Assembly (NCBI GenBank): GCA_965372715.1
Contig: CBDVDH010000012.1
Coordinates: forward strand, 1-64,000
From: an uncultured bacterium
Lineage (GTDB): Bacteria; B130-G9
DNA length: 64,000 nucleotides
Direction of reading: 5' to 3'
Part shown: piece after piece, positions 1-11,508 of the stretch
How positions within the stretch are numbered: position 1 is the first letter of the stretch
How the letters are laid out: every line of letters begins with the position of its first letter
The notes under the pieces: generated by a model
Told to the model about the DNA's origin: nothing
The model's input: only the letters and a program-made list of their open reading frames with translations
Databases searched by the model: none
Translations under genes and position numbers: made by a program

Positions 1-35
1 TCATAACAGAAAGCGAAAATAGCATCAAGTGAAAT

Positions 36-1647
36 GTGTTACACTACACTAGGATGCAGGGAAACAGCAGTGATCCACGTTTTCCGAATAATATTCTGAA
101 GGGCATTTACTATACGCCGCCAGTAATGCGGGAGTATGCGGTCCTGCCTTGGTACGAGGGCAAGATCAAAAACCTGACCAATGGCTACAAGAAACTACAT
201 CCTTACTACCCAGGATTTAGAGAAGTGTGCATCTCGACAGAAACTGCGTGTGATTTGAGTAACATGCCTTCGAACGCGATTGACTATACTTTCACAGATC
301 CTTCGTACGCGGACAAGGTGCAGTATGGAGAGCTGAATTTCTTGTGGGAATCATGGCTTGGCTTCGACACACATTGGCATGACGATGAAATAATAGTCAA
401 TGAGGTTCGTGGAAAGACGACTGGGGACTGGGCCGATATGCTACGTCAGGCCATGTCCGAATGTTATCGGGTACTCAAGCCCGGACGTTGGCTGTCTCTC
501 TGCTACCACCATACTTCACCAGAAATGTGGACCCTCGTGCAGGACATTATGGCCGAGGTTGGGTTTCTCGTGGACAAGTCTGACTCGGTACTTTTCATTG
601 ACACGGGACAGAAGAGCTACAACCAGATAATGGCAGACAAGGTGACGAAGCGGGACCTAGTTATGAACTACCGCAAGCCACGGCCCGGCGAGCTAACCTC
701 ACTCATCCAAATCACTGGCGGCGAGGATCAGAGAACATTCGCAGAGAAGGTCCACACCGTCATCAGGGAATACCTGGGGGTCCATGCTGGCGCCACAAAA
801 GACCGGGTCTTTGACAGGGTCGTCAGCTGCATGGTACGCGCAGGCCTCATGGAGGCGCACAACTTCGATGAGCTCCTTCGACAAGTTGCGGATGAGGTCA
901 AGGCGCCTGTCATGAAGAATCTCTTTGAGCGGAAAGACCCGGATGTATTCGGCACCCATGAGGTCGGTCGTTGGTTTCTCAAGGAGACAGAACTCGACGT
1001 TGTCGATAGAGCTGAGTCGGCGAGAGAGGATGCAGCCGCCGATGCCATTGGCGCCTTCATCGCCAAGTTCCTGAAAGAGAACCCAGATGAGATAGGTGTC
1101 CACTACAGCGACATCTTTGAGCGCTATCTCTATGTTCCTGAAAGAGAACCCAGATGAGATAGGTGTCCACTACAGCGACATCTTTGAGCGCTATCTCTAT
1201 ACCGTCAAGGACAAGCCGAGGCACGAACCGTTGGATTGGCTTTTGGACTACTTCTACAAGACGGGCTACAGGAGCTACCGGCTACCCATCTCTGAGGAGG
1301 AGAAGCGTCTGAAGGCTCAGGGCAGGGCTAAAGGCATCATGAGATACATAAGGCGGTATCTTGCTTTTCTGGAGCGGGGTGTCGATGTTCCCCAAAAGAA
1401 GAGGCCGAGCGACGCCACACTTGCCGAGTGGATCCACCATTGCAGGCGTTCCGGTCTGTATGACCAGGGCAAGCTCCTCTATGAGATCGGTGGCCTCAAT
1501 CTGAACAGGTTGCCGGAGAAGACGAGGTTTGACATCCAGGAGGACTACGAGGTCTGTGTCCGGGAGCTCGGCCGCAGCCGGCTCGCTCAGAGCGGGAAGA
1601 AACGAGGGACAAAGAGACGGCGTGTCGGGATGAGGCCGGGAGAGTAA
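36..1647 (+). pseudogene. Adenine DNA methyltransferase (PglXI/DUF1156-like), C-terminal part, split by a 67-bp tandem duplication
   Basis: YTFTDPSY (DPPY-like motif IV), YGELNFLW and ECYRVLKPG motifs. ORFs 36..1157 and 1096..1647 fuse in frame if one copy of the 1067-1200 duplication is removed. All three + frames have stops within nt 1-32. Confidence 0.75.
1067..1200 (+). repeat. Perfect 67-bp tandem duplication (1067-1133 / 1134-1200)
   Basis: gttcctgaaagagaacccagatgagataggtgtccactacagcgacatctttgagcgctatctctat occurs twice back to back. Confidence 0.97.
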
Positions 1648-1650
1648 GAT

Positions 1651-4600
1651 ATGTCGAACGATATCTTGACCAATCGCAAGGGACTCGACGAGATCTGTTC
1701 CGTCCCGAAACACATCATCTCGGTCTATTCACTTGAGAAGCACGTTTGGGCCCATGCCAACGCGAAGGAAGCGCGCAAGAACCGCCAGCCAGAGCTTCAA
1801 ACGGTGGACGAGTTTCTGTTCGACCCGGTGCGGGCCTTTTTCATGGACGTCCTCCGGAAAATGGCTGCGCCATACTGGCCAGAGCGAAGGGATGAGCCAA
1901 TTGGCCAGGGGTATTGGATACAGGCCGAGTTTGGTTCAGGCAAGTCGCATATCCTGTCTGTCCTGTCCGCGCTTGCCCTCGGTGATCAGCGTGCCTGGGA
2001 CATAGTGCGTGAGAAAGAGCAGAGCGCTGGCCGAGGCAAGCGCGAGTCACTCTATCGCTTCTGGCAGGAGGGTATCAAATCCAAGGGCAAGGACGGGAAG
2101 AGAGGTATCTTTGTCTGCGTCAAGACGCTGGTCGGCGTTGGCGGACATGTCGCCGGACAGGACAAGGATAAGGGCAGGGATTTGTGCGAGTACATCCTCG
2201 ACGCCGTAAAGGAGCAGCTCGAGATTGAGCTTGGAAGGAACGTCTCGCTGTATCCCGCCGAGCTTCTGGTTGACCGTTTTCTTTCTCAGGACCTCGACCG
2301 TTATCGGAACGATCTGCGTAAGTTCCTTTGCGATCCGAAGTTCTTCGCCGAGGACGAGTTCGAGGATATCGGCAAGTTCATCCAAGAGATGCAGGACGAC
2401 AGATCTCCTGAATACAAGCGTAGCTGTGGGAACAAGCTCTGGCGCTTCTACGACGAGTATCTGAAGGTCAGGCCTCAGATCGAGACCGAGGCTGAGGAGT
2501 TACTGAAGCACATGGTCGAGACAATTCTCGCCGAGGGTTACAGCGGCTTTCTCCTGGTTCTGGATGAGGTTTCCATCTTCATGAAGGACCGCGACGAGCA
2601 GCTACGCACCGGCGACGAGAAGACGCTCGTTGTTCTCTCAAACCGCCTCGCCAAGGTGCACAACTTGCCTATCTGGACCGTCTGCACCGCGCAGCAAGCC
2701 ATCGAGAGCAAGATGGGCGTCAAGAATATAATCGCCGCCGACCGCCTGAAGCTCGTAACGCTGCTCGAAAAGCATGCCGACTATTACGACATAGTTCTGT
2801 CGAGGGTACGAGAGATCAAGGATTCGAGCGCGGTCGGGCCTTATTACCTTCATTACAAGCGTGGTTTCACATGGCCGAGCGCCATAGGAGAGGATGAGTT
2901 TGAGCACTTCTTTCCGTTCCACAAACCTGCGCTTGAGGTTCTTAGGCCAATAACCTTCGAGTTGACGACGAGTCGCTCAGCCATTCACTTCATGCATCAA
3001 ACCCTAAAGCACCAGGTCAAGTCCAAGGGAAAGCAACTCATCAGGCTCTGGGAGCTATTCGACGAGACTGTGCGCTATGAGGAGGACCCAAGTGGTGTTC
3101 ATGCAAGCCTGGCGTCAATAAAAACCAGTCGCGAAAGCGAGTATAAGGCATACGAGGCTTGTAAGCGCCAGATCGATGGACTCACCGGTGGCTATCTTCG
3201 ACATCACCATGACAAGGCGATAAAAATCCTACAGACATTATTCTTGGTGCACATCGCCAGAACCAAACAGCAGGGCATGTCTTCGGAGGAGATAGCCAAC
3301 TCCGTCCTCATTGAGAAGGATAGTGAGGCTACGCCGAACGAGAACATCCAGCATTACGAGACCCTCGCTGAGAAGCTAAATACGGAGCTGCGGCAGGTCG
3401 TTCAGACCTTCGATGACGAGGGCCGGCGGCTGTATCGGTTCGATCCTGTCATCACGGGTATTGACCCCAACGCTCGCTTCAAGAAGGCGCGCGATGATGC
3501 GGAATCAAATGAGAAGAGGCGCAAAGAGGCGTGGGAACAGCTACTATTTCTCGGTGAGTGGACGGTCAAGACTCGCAATATGACGCTCGATCTTAGCAAT
3601 GGGATTATCTCCATATTTCACGAATTGCCTACTCTAGAAGAGGCCAAATACGCCCGATCCGCAGGCGCCAAGATTGAGATCGAATGGGCGGGTCGCGAGG
3701 TGTTCGGCGAAGTGAGCATGTGCGACCTTGCGCGCATCAATCCCGACGGATTCGCCCTGAACAGCTCTGAGACCGACTACGACTTCAAGGTCTTCATATC
3801 CACCGGCCCAATTCCTGATGACAGATTGGACTCGTTTCTGAATAGCACGAAGGATCCGCGCATCCTACTTTGGACACCGGGGGAGCTGACCTCAGATGAA
3901 GAAGATAGACTTCTCGATTTCACGGCATACCGAAAGCTCGCACAGGAATTTGGGGGCGAGGAAACTGAAGACGCCGTCGCGGTGATCAACTGGGTCTATG
4001 GGAAACTCCAGACAGAGCTAGCGGCCATCAAGGGAATCGTTGACAATAGCTACGGTCGGGGAAGGATCGCCTCGCGCGAGAACACGAGAATGGGATTCCA
4101 TGTGGCCGGAGGGCTCCAGAGCATTCTGACCCCTGTCGCAGGCCAGGTTCTCGACAGCACTTATGCGTCCCGGGACATCAGGTTTGAGCATCCGCACAAG
4201 TTCACCAAAGATGAAGGTGTCAAGGTCATCAACGGAATTGTGAAAACCGGCGAAATCCCAAAGGGTGCTAGGGCAGACAGGAACGTCAGCGCCGTCCAGA
4301 ATTACGGGCTAGGCCTCAAGCTGGTAAGGCGAGGCGCAGAGAGGATATTGGACACCTCCGAGAACCCCCACGTTCGTGACATGTGGCGTTTCATCGATGA
4401 CAAACTGTCTGACGAGGGCCAGACCATGTCGGTCCAGACATTGTATAAGAACTTCATGGGGATCGGTGGGCCAGAGGATTACGGCTTAACCCGTCGGATG
4501 GTTCAGATTTTCCTCCTATGCTTAGTTCGGGAAGGTAAAATCCGTGCCGGCATTAGCCCGAAATCGGGTCTCCGACACCCCGCGATCGACTACGGGAACA

Positions 4601-5052
4601 TCTCAGGGGTTAATTTCTCAGTCAAGGTGCTCGATTCGCTCACCGATATCCGAAAAGTGGGGAAGCCAGAGAACTGGGATGTCCTTCGACCGTACGCGGA
4701 GAAACTCCTGGAATCAGAAATCCCTGAAACACACCACGAGGCGCTGATCGCGAAGTATCGTCGTGACCTCCGGGATCTACTTGTGCTGGAAAGGGAAAAG
4801 GCGCCTCGTCTTGAGAGCAGATCGAGAAGCCTCTTCGAGTTCCTCAAGGCAGAGAATCCCTACGAAACCGAACTCGGTCAGGCGGTCAACCTGTTCTCTG
4901 CCGACATCGAGAGTGGTGATGACATAAATCAGATCCTCTACATCCTCAAGAAGACATTTCATTATATGCCTTACGATGAAGGTCCGGCATCCCAGGATGA
5001 GGTAGATGATCTCGCGAACCGATTGAGAGCATCCTCAAGAGTGATGAGATGA
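1651..5052 (+). CDS. brxC: BrxC/DUF6079-like P-loop ATPase (possibly C-terminally truncated)
   Basis: Walker A-like AEFGSGKSH, Walker B LLVLDE, FFPFH motif typical of BrxC/DUF499-type ATPases; lies upstream of pglZ and brxL. Confidence 0.75.
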   Translation: MSNDILTNRKGLDEICSVPKHIISVYSLEKHVWAHANAKEARKNRQPELQTVDEFLFDPVRAFFMDVLRKMAAPYWPERRDEPIGQGYWIQAEFGSGKSHILSVLSALALGDQRAWDIVREKEQSAGRGKRESLYRFWQEGIKSKGKDGKRGIFVCVKTLVGVGGHVAGQDKDKGRDLCEYILDAVKEQLEIELGRNVSLYPAELLVDRFLSQDLDRYRNDLRKFLCDPKFFAEDEFEDIGKFIQEMQDDRSPEYKRSCGNKLWRFYDEYLKVRPQIETEAEELLKHMVETILAEGYSGFLLVLDEVSIFMKDRDEQLRTGDEKTLVVLSNRLAKVHNLPIWTVCTAQQAIESKMGVKNIIAADRLKLVTLLEKHADYYDIVLSRVREIKDSSAVGPYYLHYKRGFTWPSAIGEDEFEHFFPFHKPALEVLRPITFELTTSRSAIHFMHQTLKHQVKSKGKQLIRLWELFDETVRYEEDPSGVHASLASIKTSRESEYKAYEACKRQIDGLTGGYLRHHHDKAIKILQTLFLVHIARTKQQGMSSEEIANSVLIEKDSEATPNENIQHYETLAEKLNTELRQVVQTFDDEGRRLYRFDPVITGIDPNARFKKARDDAESNEKRRKEAWEQLLFLGEWTVKTRNMTLDLSNGIISIFHELPTLEEAKYARSAGAKIEIEWAGREVFGEVSMCDLARINPDGFALNSSETDYDFKVFISTGPIPDDRLDSFLNSTKDPRILLWTPGELTSDEEDRLLDFTAYRKLAQEFGGEETEDAVAVINWVYGKLQTELAAIKGIVDNSYGRGRIASRENTRMGFHVAGGLQSILTPVAGQVLDSTYASRDIRFEHPHKFTKDEGVKVINGIVKTGEIPKGARADRNVSAVQNYGLGLKLVRRGAERILDTSENPHVRDMWRFIDDKLSDEGQTMSVQTLYKNFMGIGGPEDYGLTRRMVQIFLLCLVREGKIRAGISPKSGLRHPAIDYGNISGVNFSVKVLDSLTDIRKVGKPENWDVLRPYAEKLLESEIPETHHEALIAKYRRDLRDLLVLEREKAPRLESRSRSLFEFLKAENPYETELGQAVNLFSADIESGDDINQILYILKKTFHYMPYDEGPASQDEVDDLANRLRASSRVMR

Positions 5053-5648
5053 AGGCACTCCGAGCTATGGAGAACATAAGCGTTCTGCAGGCGCCATTCG
5101 CAGATGAGATCGAAGAGAAGCTGAGCAAGTCCCTGGATTCGATCTTCTCGTGTCCATCGCCATCCAAGCAATCTGTCGAGGAGCAGCTCAAGACCGGACC
5201 GACCCATGAGTGCGACCTGTCTTTCGAGAGCGCTTCGGAATGTGTCGATGAGATGAAGATCGCTGTCAAGCAGGCCCGTCACATTCTTGAGTCCTCAATT
5301 CATGACAAGATGGCAGTAATGAGCAGCCCCGCAGTGCGCGAAAGATTAGCCCAGGGGGAATCTGAACCTGTCATCGATGGTCTTCTTTCCTGCAAAGACG
5401 TCGCCGAGGTAAGATCTTATCTCACGAAGGCCTGCATCGAGAACGCCTCTGTCGTTGAGATAATCAACCGATATCTGAAAAAGGTAGTCATCAGGCTCGT
5501 GAAGATCGCGGATTTCAGGCCCCAAACAACCATCATAGAAAGAGGGCATCTCCCCGTTCTGGTGCAGGAGTTCCAAGCCTTCCTTGAGAAGCAGTTCGAG
5601 GGCGCTGCTGAGGACGACGATGTCCTGCCATTGCTAAAGGTGGAATGA
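5049..5648 (+). CDS. Helical hypothetical protein; probably the detached C-terminus of the BrxC-like ATPase
   Basis: ATGA overlap with the ATPase stop; its frame is open upstream to 5010 and reads IESILKSDE-MKAL; its stop overlaps the pglZ start. Confidence 0.55.
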   Translation: MKALRAMENISVLQAPFADEIEEKLSKSLDSIFSCPSPSKQSVEEQLKTGPTHECDLSFESASECVDEMKIAVKQARHILESSIHDKMAVMSSPAVRERLAQGESEPVIDGLLSCKDVAEVRSYLTKACIENASVVEIINRYLKKVVIRLVKIADFRPQTTIIERGHLPVLVQEFQAFLEKQFEGAAEDDDVLPLLKVE

Positions 5649-8560
5649 TGGACCTCCTGAAGGCTTGGGTGCTCTCGAAGCTCGAGGCTGTTGCGGATCA
5701 AGAGCGAGTTCTGCTTCGTGACCCATTGCACCTGCTCCCCAAGGAAGACGGCACGGTTCATGCCTTTGCTCTGAAGCACGGTTTCACGGCTGTAGAAGCG
5801 GCTACCAATCTTGCCTTTCGAGATCTATACGAGAGGACGGTCGAAGATGCCGGCACCAGGAAGATTCTTCTCTATGATCGAACCCCATCCAGAAGAAAGA
5901 TGTCGCATTCTTCGACCAAGGCTCCTCCCCTCTTTTATCCGGACTTCGTGGCACAGATCCCTGCCGAATGCCAAATCGACCTCGACCTGAAAGAGTTCCT
6001 GATTGAGAGAACTGGGGACAGCGACTGGCCTAGTCACGCGAACGACCCGCAATATGCCAGGCTTATCGCTCAGAATTTGGGCCGCGTCTTACGAGCTCAT
6101 GAGAACCTTTGGGCGAGCCATCCTCGCCGTTTCACCGATAACGACTTCAAGACAATCGTCGGATACGCGGCACTCTCCATTCCAGAGGCTGCGTTCAAGA
6201 AGGACCTCAACCCTGAAGTGCATTGGAAGATCGGACTGCTGCATCACCGGTCGCTCACCGAGCTCGAGGCGCTAGCACCTGAGATCACGAAACCTATCAA
6301 GGACAGACTCGCAAAAGCCCGGGCGCCCTTCTGCTGGTTTGCAGACCATGACCCAGAAATGGTCGTGCGGGCGTTCTACCTTTCAGTAATTCTCAGACAG
6401 CATTTTGACCACTGGAGTCTCCTCTTAGCGAATATCGATTCCGCCATGAGGGCCTTCTCGTCGATTGAGCTGGAAGTGCTCGATGAGCTTGCGCCTAAAA
6501 TAACGAAATCAGATCCAGAACGGGCGGAAACTGACCTCTCACTAGTTGAGCAATCGCTGCCGCTCGATGCGCTCAAGCTACTTCTGATTGACCAGATGAA
6601 GCTCGATACGCCGAAAGGATTTGTGTCGGCGATACAGCGCGAGAGCTACAGCACACTCGTGCGTTCTCTTGCGCTGCTTATGGCGCTGGACGACCAGCTC
6701 TCAACTCAGCCGGCAGCAATTGAGCAGGCAGAGATCAAGAAATCGCTGTTTTCTGATTTAGATGACGTGGACCGCTTCGTCGATTCACGGTGCGAACCAG
6801 CCTGGTCTCATCTCAAGGAAGCATACAGACTGGCTGGCGACATTTGTAGCCTACGCGGTGTATTGGGCAGAGCGGTCAAAGACCTGAAAGTCACCAAGAC
6901 CCACGAGCTCGATTTCAGGTTTTTCAAGAAGCTCTTCAACGATAGGAAGGTCAGCAAACTTGAGTATTATATTTCTGCGATAGAGAGGCTTCTTAATACA
7001 AAAGATGTTCTTCCGCGCAGCAGCGATGAACTGCCGTCAGTATTTGGCGAGGCGTTGCAGCGAACACAGGAACAGGTCCGCGCAATTGGGGAGGAAGTAA
7101 GTCGCCAACTGGATGTGGTCAATCTTCGATTTCAAGATATGGTGGCAGCGCAGTATCCAACGTGGGTCACCAGTGACAGCGACGTAAGGCTTACCAGCCA
7201 GTTTATGCGCCGCTGCCTGAAATCCCATTGGGACCCCGAGAAACAGAAGGCAGTCATCTTCGTGTTCGACGGCATGCGTTATGACATCTGGGAAGAATTT
7301 ATCCGGCCCGTGTTTGAGGAGGCGATGGACATCGAGGTCGAGTATTCAGCATCGTCGCTGCTTCCGTCGGAGACTCACATCTCCCGCAAGGCAATCAGTG
7401 CAGGGACTTACTCAGATGAGTTTGATACCAGAATGAGCGAGGACAAGCTACTCAAGACGGCCCTCGCTCGCGAATTCGGCTTTGAGGGCGAAGTGGAGGT
7501 CCTGTCGTCTGAAGAGACGAGTACGGGGGAAGCCGTGCATTACCGTGCAGGGAATCTCGATGTACACATCTTTGAACTTTGCGATCAAGAGCTTCACAGG
7601 ATCAAGGTTAGGGAACATGCCGATGGACGAGTGGTTCCGCGCCGACCATTGGTCTTCATCTACGAACAGCTACTCAAGGACATCATTGACAACGAGGTAA
7701 GGGCTGTCGTTCGGGAGATTAAGCCTGGCACGAAGGTATTCGTGACCGCTGATCATGGATTTGTGAAGCTCGGTCGGAAGAAGGTGCGTCTGGAACAGGA
7801 TTGGTTGAACGAATCGAACGACTGCTTCTATCAGTATGCCCGACTGCTGAAACCTTTGGCGGCGCATGGGGCAGCTAAGAAAGTAACCGACAGAGTTATT
7901 GAACTGCCGGCATCCGCGCTTCGCATACCCACAACGGAGACCGCTCGCAATCAACTACTCAATTGGGATAAGCAATATGCCTCAGTGATATTCCCCAGGC
8001 CTGGTTGCGCCCTTTCACGCCCCGAGGCCCGGTTCGATCCTCCGGCTTTTAGCCATGGGGGCATTTCAGTTCAAGAACTGATGATCCCTATGGTTGTCAT
8101 GCGGGTCAGAGAGAAAGAAAACGCCACGCTCATTCTCGGCAAGATAGAAGGTCCCGAAGAGGTTGTCGAGGGACAGGAGGCGGAATTCAGTCTATCGATT
8201 AAGAGAGCAGGACGTGCACTCAACAGAGGGGATGAGATCAAAGTCGACATAGAGGCGTCGTACTGCCTCGCTCCTGACAAAGGTAAGCTGCCCCAGAAGT
8301 TTACTTATCTAACAACGCAAGAGAAGACCATATCTTACCGCTTTCTGCCAGATCCCAGCGACGCAACCGATGAGGAGAGACGCCAAGGAAGTATGAGTCG
8401 AACCCTCAAGATGTCAGTCACGTGTCCTATGAAAGGCAGCTACCGTAGGAAGTCCAAGACGCATTCGTTCACAATACGACTGGACTCAGAACGCATCACG
8501 CGCCGGGTCCCTCCGCGGCTCGGGAAGATATTGGGATTAACTCCGAAGAGCATGAAGTGA
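5645..8560 (+). CDS. pglZ: PglZ alkaline-phosphatase-superfamily protein with a beta-rich C-terminal extension
   Basis: [28 protein letters not shown] and [14 protein letters not shown] motifs. Confidence 0.9.
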   Translation: MMDLLKAWVLSKLEAVADQERVLLRDPLHLLPKEDGTVHAFALKHGFTAVEAATNLAFRDLYERTVEDAGTRKILLYDRTPSRRKMSHSSTKAPPLFYPDFVAQIPAECQIDLDLKEFLIERTGDSDWPSHANDPQYARLIAQNLGRVLRAHENLWASHPRRFTDNDFKTIVGYAALSIPEAAFKKDLNPEVHWKIGLLHHRSLTELEALAPEITKPIKDRLAKARAPFCWFADHDPEMVVRAFYLSVILRQHFDHWSLLLANIDSAMRAFSSIELEVLDELAPKITKSDPERAETDLSLVEQSLPLDALKLLLIDQMKLDTPKGFVSAIQRESYSTLVRSLALLMALDDQLSTQPAAIEQAEIKKSLFSDLDDVDRFVDSRCEPAWSHLKEAYRLAGDICSLRGVLGRAVKDLKVTKTHELDFRFFKKLFNDRKVSKLEYYISAIERLLNTKDVLPRSSDELPSVFGEALQRTQEQVRAIGEEVSRQLDVVNLRFQDMVAAQYPTWVTSDSDVRLTSQFMRRCLKSHWDPEKQKAVIFVFDGMRYDIWEEFIRPVFEEAMDIEVEYSASSLLPSETHISRKAISAGTYSDEFDTRMSEDKLLKTALAREFGFEGEVEVLSSEETSTGEAVHYRAGNLDVHIFELCDQELHRIKVREHADGRVVPRRPLVFIYEQLLKDIIDNEVRAVVREIKPGTKVFVTADHGFVKLGRKKVRLEQDWLNESNDCFYQYARLLKPLAAHGAAKKVTDRVIELPASALRIPTTETARNQLLNWDKQYASVIFPRPGCALSRPEARFDPPAFSHGGISVQELMIPMVVMRVREKENATLILGKIEGPEEVVEGQEAEFSLSIKRAGRALNRGDEIKVDIEASYCLAPDKGKLPQKFTYLTTQEKTISYRFLPDPSDATDEERRQGSMSRTLKMSVTCPMKGSYRRKSKTHSFTIRLDSERITRRVPPRLGKILGLTPKSMK

Positions 8561-8573
8561 CAAGGACTCGAAC

Positions 8574-10616
8574 ATGAACGACCATCTTAGGGAGGTCTTC
8601 AGAGGCAAGGTCGTAAATAAGGCCCACACCATAAATACGGGCGTGGACGAATTCCCTCGATACGTTCTGGAGTATCTTATCGACAACTACTGCGAGGAAG
8701 AGACGTTCCATCAGGACATGGAAAGGGTTGTTCGGCGCCTCAAGCAGACCTTCGTCCATGGTGCTGAAGCTGAGAAGATCCGCCACTACATTCGAGAGAA
8801 TCGCGAACACTCGGTGATTGCTAGCCTCGAGGCGCGATTGGTCGAGACCGAGGACAGGTATTGGGCCTCCATTTCCGCAATAAATGAGAACTTCGTGAAC
8901 ATCCCTGAGAGCATCATTCGCCAGTATCCGATGCTTCTCTCTGGGGGAATGTGGGGCACCATCGATCTCACCTACGACGAGACGGAAGTCCACAACAAGA
9001 AGATAAGGCCATTCAAGGTGACAGGCTTCACGCCTTTTCAGGTGAGCGTCATTGACCTGGAGGAGTTCATTAAGAATCGTTTTGAGTTCAGCACCGAGGA
9101 GTGGATCGATGTCCTCATAAACTCCTGCGGGCTCAACCCAGACAGAATGAGTCGTCGGCAGAAGCTGCTTTACATGTCCCGGTGCATACCGCTTGTAGAG
9201 ACGAACGTAAATATGGTTGAACTCGCACCGCGCGAGACTGGCAAGACATATCTCTACAGGAATATCTCCTATTGCGCTCACGTTCTCTCCGGAGGCAAAG
9301 CTACTCCCGCTCAACTCTTTATTAACCTGAATTCGGGAAGAATCGGTGAGGTTGGCACCCGTGACTCAGTGGTTTTCGACGAGATTGCCAATACGGACTT
9401 CAGCGACCCGAGGGCGTTTGTGAGCATCATGCAAGGTTACATGCAGGACGCTAGATTCAGCCGTGGGAAGAAGGAAATCCTAGCCTTTGCCAGCCTCGTG
9501 TTTGTGGGGAACATCGATGTTCAGGGAACTATGCCACATGAGAAATACTACCACCTCTTTGAGCCCTTCCCTGACTTCTTGCAGGTATTGGCTTTTTTGG
9601 ATCGAATTCACTGCTATTTGCCCGGCTGGGAGATCCCCAAGCTCTCACCGCACAGCTACTCAGAGGACTATGGCTTCATCACAGACTATTTCTGCGAGAT
9701 CATGCATGAGCTGCGGCGCGTTGATGCGCTAGGAGCGATCCGCGACCGCTTCGAGATCATTGACCTGAACAAGACGGCCCAGGGCGTCTCCGGACGAGAT
9801 CAAAGGGCCATCATGAAAACCACATCCGGGCTCTTGAAGCTGCTCTACCCTCACGGAAGTATCTCTGACCCTGAACTTCAGGAGCTATTACTGCTTTCAT
9901 GCGAATTCAGGCAACGTGTGCGTGATCAACTCCACCTCATAGCGCCCGGCGAATACGACAAGGTTAGGATAGGCCTCAAACTGACGCAATCGGGGCAGAA
10001 GCTCTTTCCGACCCTACCGGAAGCAGATCGGGTTCAGACGGTATCTCTGCCCGATGAGCCATCGGTTGGCGAGGTTATAGGATTGGGCGTGACCGCCGAC
10101 CACGGTTGTATCCTTCGCTTTGAGATGCAGGCCACTAAGGGAACGGGCCGGATAGTCCCGCTCGGCTCAATTCAGAAGGTGATGCGAGAGAGTATAGAGG
10201 CCGCGGCTCAGTACATAAGGGCCAGGCATGAGGATATGGGGATCAGCCCTGACTGGCGCCAGAACATCGATGTGGCTGTTCTTGCGACGTTCATGGGAGT
10301 ACCTAAAGAAGGACCATCTGCTGGGGCTACAATCGTGACAGGGATCGCCTCGGCATTGAAGAAAGTGCCCGTTCGGAACGACTTGGCCATAACAGGTGAG
10401 ATAACAATAATGGGGAGAGTTCTGCCGGTCGGCGGCATTCAACAGAAGATTCAGGCCGCGTATGAAGCTGGTGTCAAAGAGATTCTGCTACCCGCAGACA
10501 ACCTCAATGACGCCAATAGCCTCCCCTCATACATTACCGAAAGCGTCAAATTGACGCCCGTCCAGTCTGTCGAGGAGGTTCTTAGACTAGCTTTCTGTAA
10601 GACGAGAAGGGGATAG
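8574..10616 (+). CDS. brxL: BrxL Lon-like AAA+/protease
   Basis: [31 protein letters not shown] and C-terminal Lon domain PKEGPSAG...TGEI...VGGIQQK. Confidence 0.93.
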   Translation: MNDHLREVFRGKVVNKAHTINTGVDEFPRYVLEYLIDNYCEEETFHQDMERVVRRLKQTFVHGAEAEKIRHYIRENREHSVIASLEARLVETEDRYWASISAINENFVNIPESIIRQYPMLLSGGMWGTIDLTYDETEVHNKKIRPFKVTGFTPFQVSVIDLEEFIKNRFEFSTEEWIDVLINSCGLNPDRMSRRQKLLYMSRCIPLVETNVNMVELAPRETGKTYLYRNISYCAHVLSGGKATPAQLFINLNSGRIGEVGTRDSVVFDEIANTDFSDPRAFVSIMQGYMQDARFSRGKKEILAFASLVFVGNIDVQGTMPHEKYYHLFEPFPDFLQVLAFLDRIHCYLPGWEIPKLSPHSYSEDYGFITDYFCEIMHELRRVDALGAIRDRFEIIDLNKTAQGVSGRDQRAIMKTTSGLLKLLYPHGSISDPELQELLLLSCEFRQRVRDQLHLIAPGEYDKVRIGLKLTQSGQKLFPTLPEADRVQTVSLPDEPSVGEVIGLGVTADHGCILRFEMQATKGTGRIVPLGSIQKVMRESIEAAAQYIRARHEDMGISPDWRQNIDVAVLATFMGVPKEGPSAGATIVTGIASALKKVPVRNDLAITGEITIMGRVLPVGGIQQKIQAAYEAGVKEILLPADNLNDANSLPSYITESVKLTPVQSVEEVLRLAFCKTRRG

Positions 10617-11133
10617 ACTGTTGACTGTTATCCTGCCCTAACGGAGATTTAAGGAAACGGAAGCCATCAAGAACCTCACAAGAATTTCCCCCCTTACCCC
10701 ATCAGGGAGCACCCTCGAAAATCTGAACCGCCTATGTGAGTCAGAAGTCGAAAGTCACGTGCCGCTTGTGTCGAGGACAACATTTACAGAACTTGACCAG
10801 CCAGCCGTATTTTTTCAGAGCAAAAATTTCTCTCGAGCTTTTGATACCTTTACCTCTCATAGGGGCAGATACGTTATTCTGAACCAGCCTCTCTCTACTG
10901 CCGGTCGGCCTACCGCGGCGGGCACGACCCGTGGTACCGGTACGACTACGGCGGTTTTCGCGTGGCCAGGTAATCTAATTGATCACCTGCCCACTTTGCT
11001 ACTTAGCTACCTGCGATAGTTTAGCGAGATGCAAAGGTGAAGGTAATCCCCGCGCGCAAGGTGAGTAGGGACCGGTTCAGAAGGTATAGTAGCACCACAC
11101 CAACCAGTAATTCCCCGCGCGCGAGGTAATGTG

Positions 11134-11466
11134 CTACGGCTTCTTTCGCTTGGCTTTGCGGAACTTCCACCACGCTCCTATCCGGGCCGCAAGAAAGAGC
11201 ATCAATCCGAGGAACGCGACCACCGCGCCTCCGAACGCCACATCTGGATCGGCCCCCGAGGCTCCACAGCCAACGAAACCGCCGTGGACTATAAGCAGTA
11301 TGCCCAGCAGTTGGCAGGCCTTGTAGGTCTTGCCCGTCTGCTCAACTGTTTGCACCGGCCGGCGGGGTTGTTCCTTCTCCTGTGCAATCGGGCAGCCACA
11401 ATTAGGGCAGGACGCCGCCTTCTCTGATACTCGTTTCCCGCATTCGGGGCAATCAATCAGTGCCAT
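11134..11466 (-). CDS. Zinc-ribbon membrane protein
   Basis: MALIDCPECG...CPNCG followed by two hydrophobic segments. Confidence 0.75.
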   Translation of the reverse strand: MALIDCPECGKRVSEKAASCPNCGCPIAQEKEQPRRPVQTVEQTGKTYKACQLLGILLIVHGGFVGCGASGADPDVAFGGAVVAFLGLMLFLAARIGAWWKFRKAKRKKP

Positions 11467-11508
11467 TAGTCTCCCTCATCGGACGGCTTCTCGCCGCGGA
11501 GAGCCTAC

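Noticed and set aside
10620-11130. Short repeat taat(t)ccccgcgcgc(a/g)aggt at about 11044 and 11108, and ORF 10759..11019
   Set aside because: Only two imperfect copies and no coding signal; cannot support a feature
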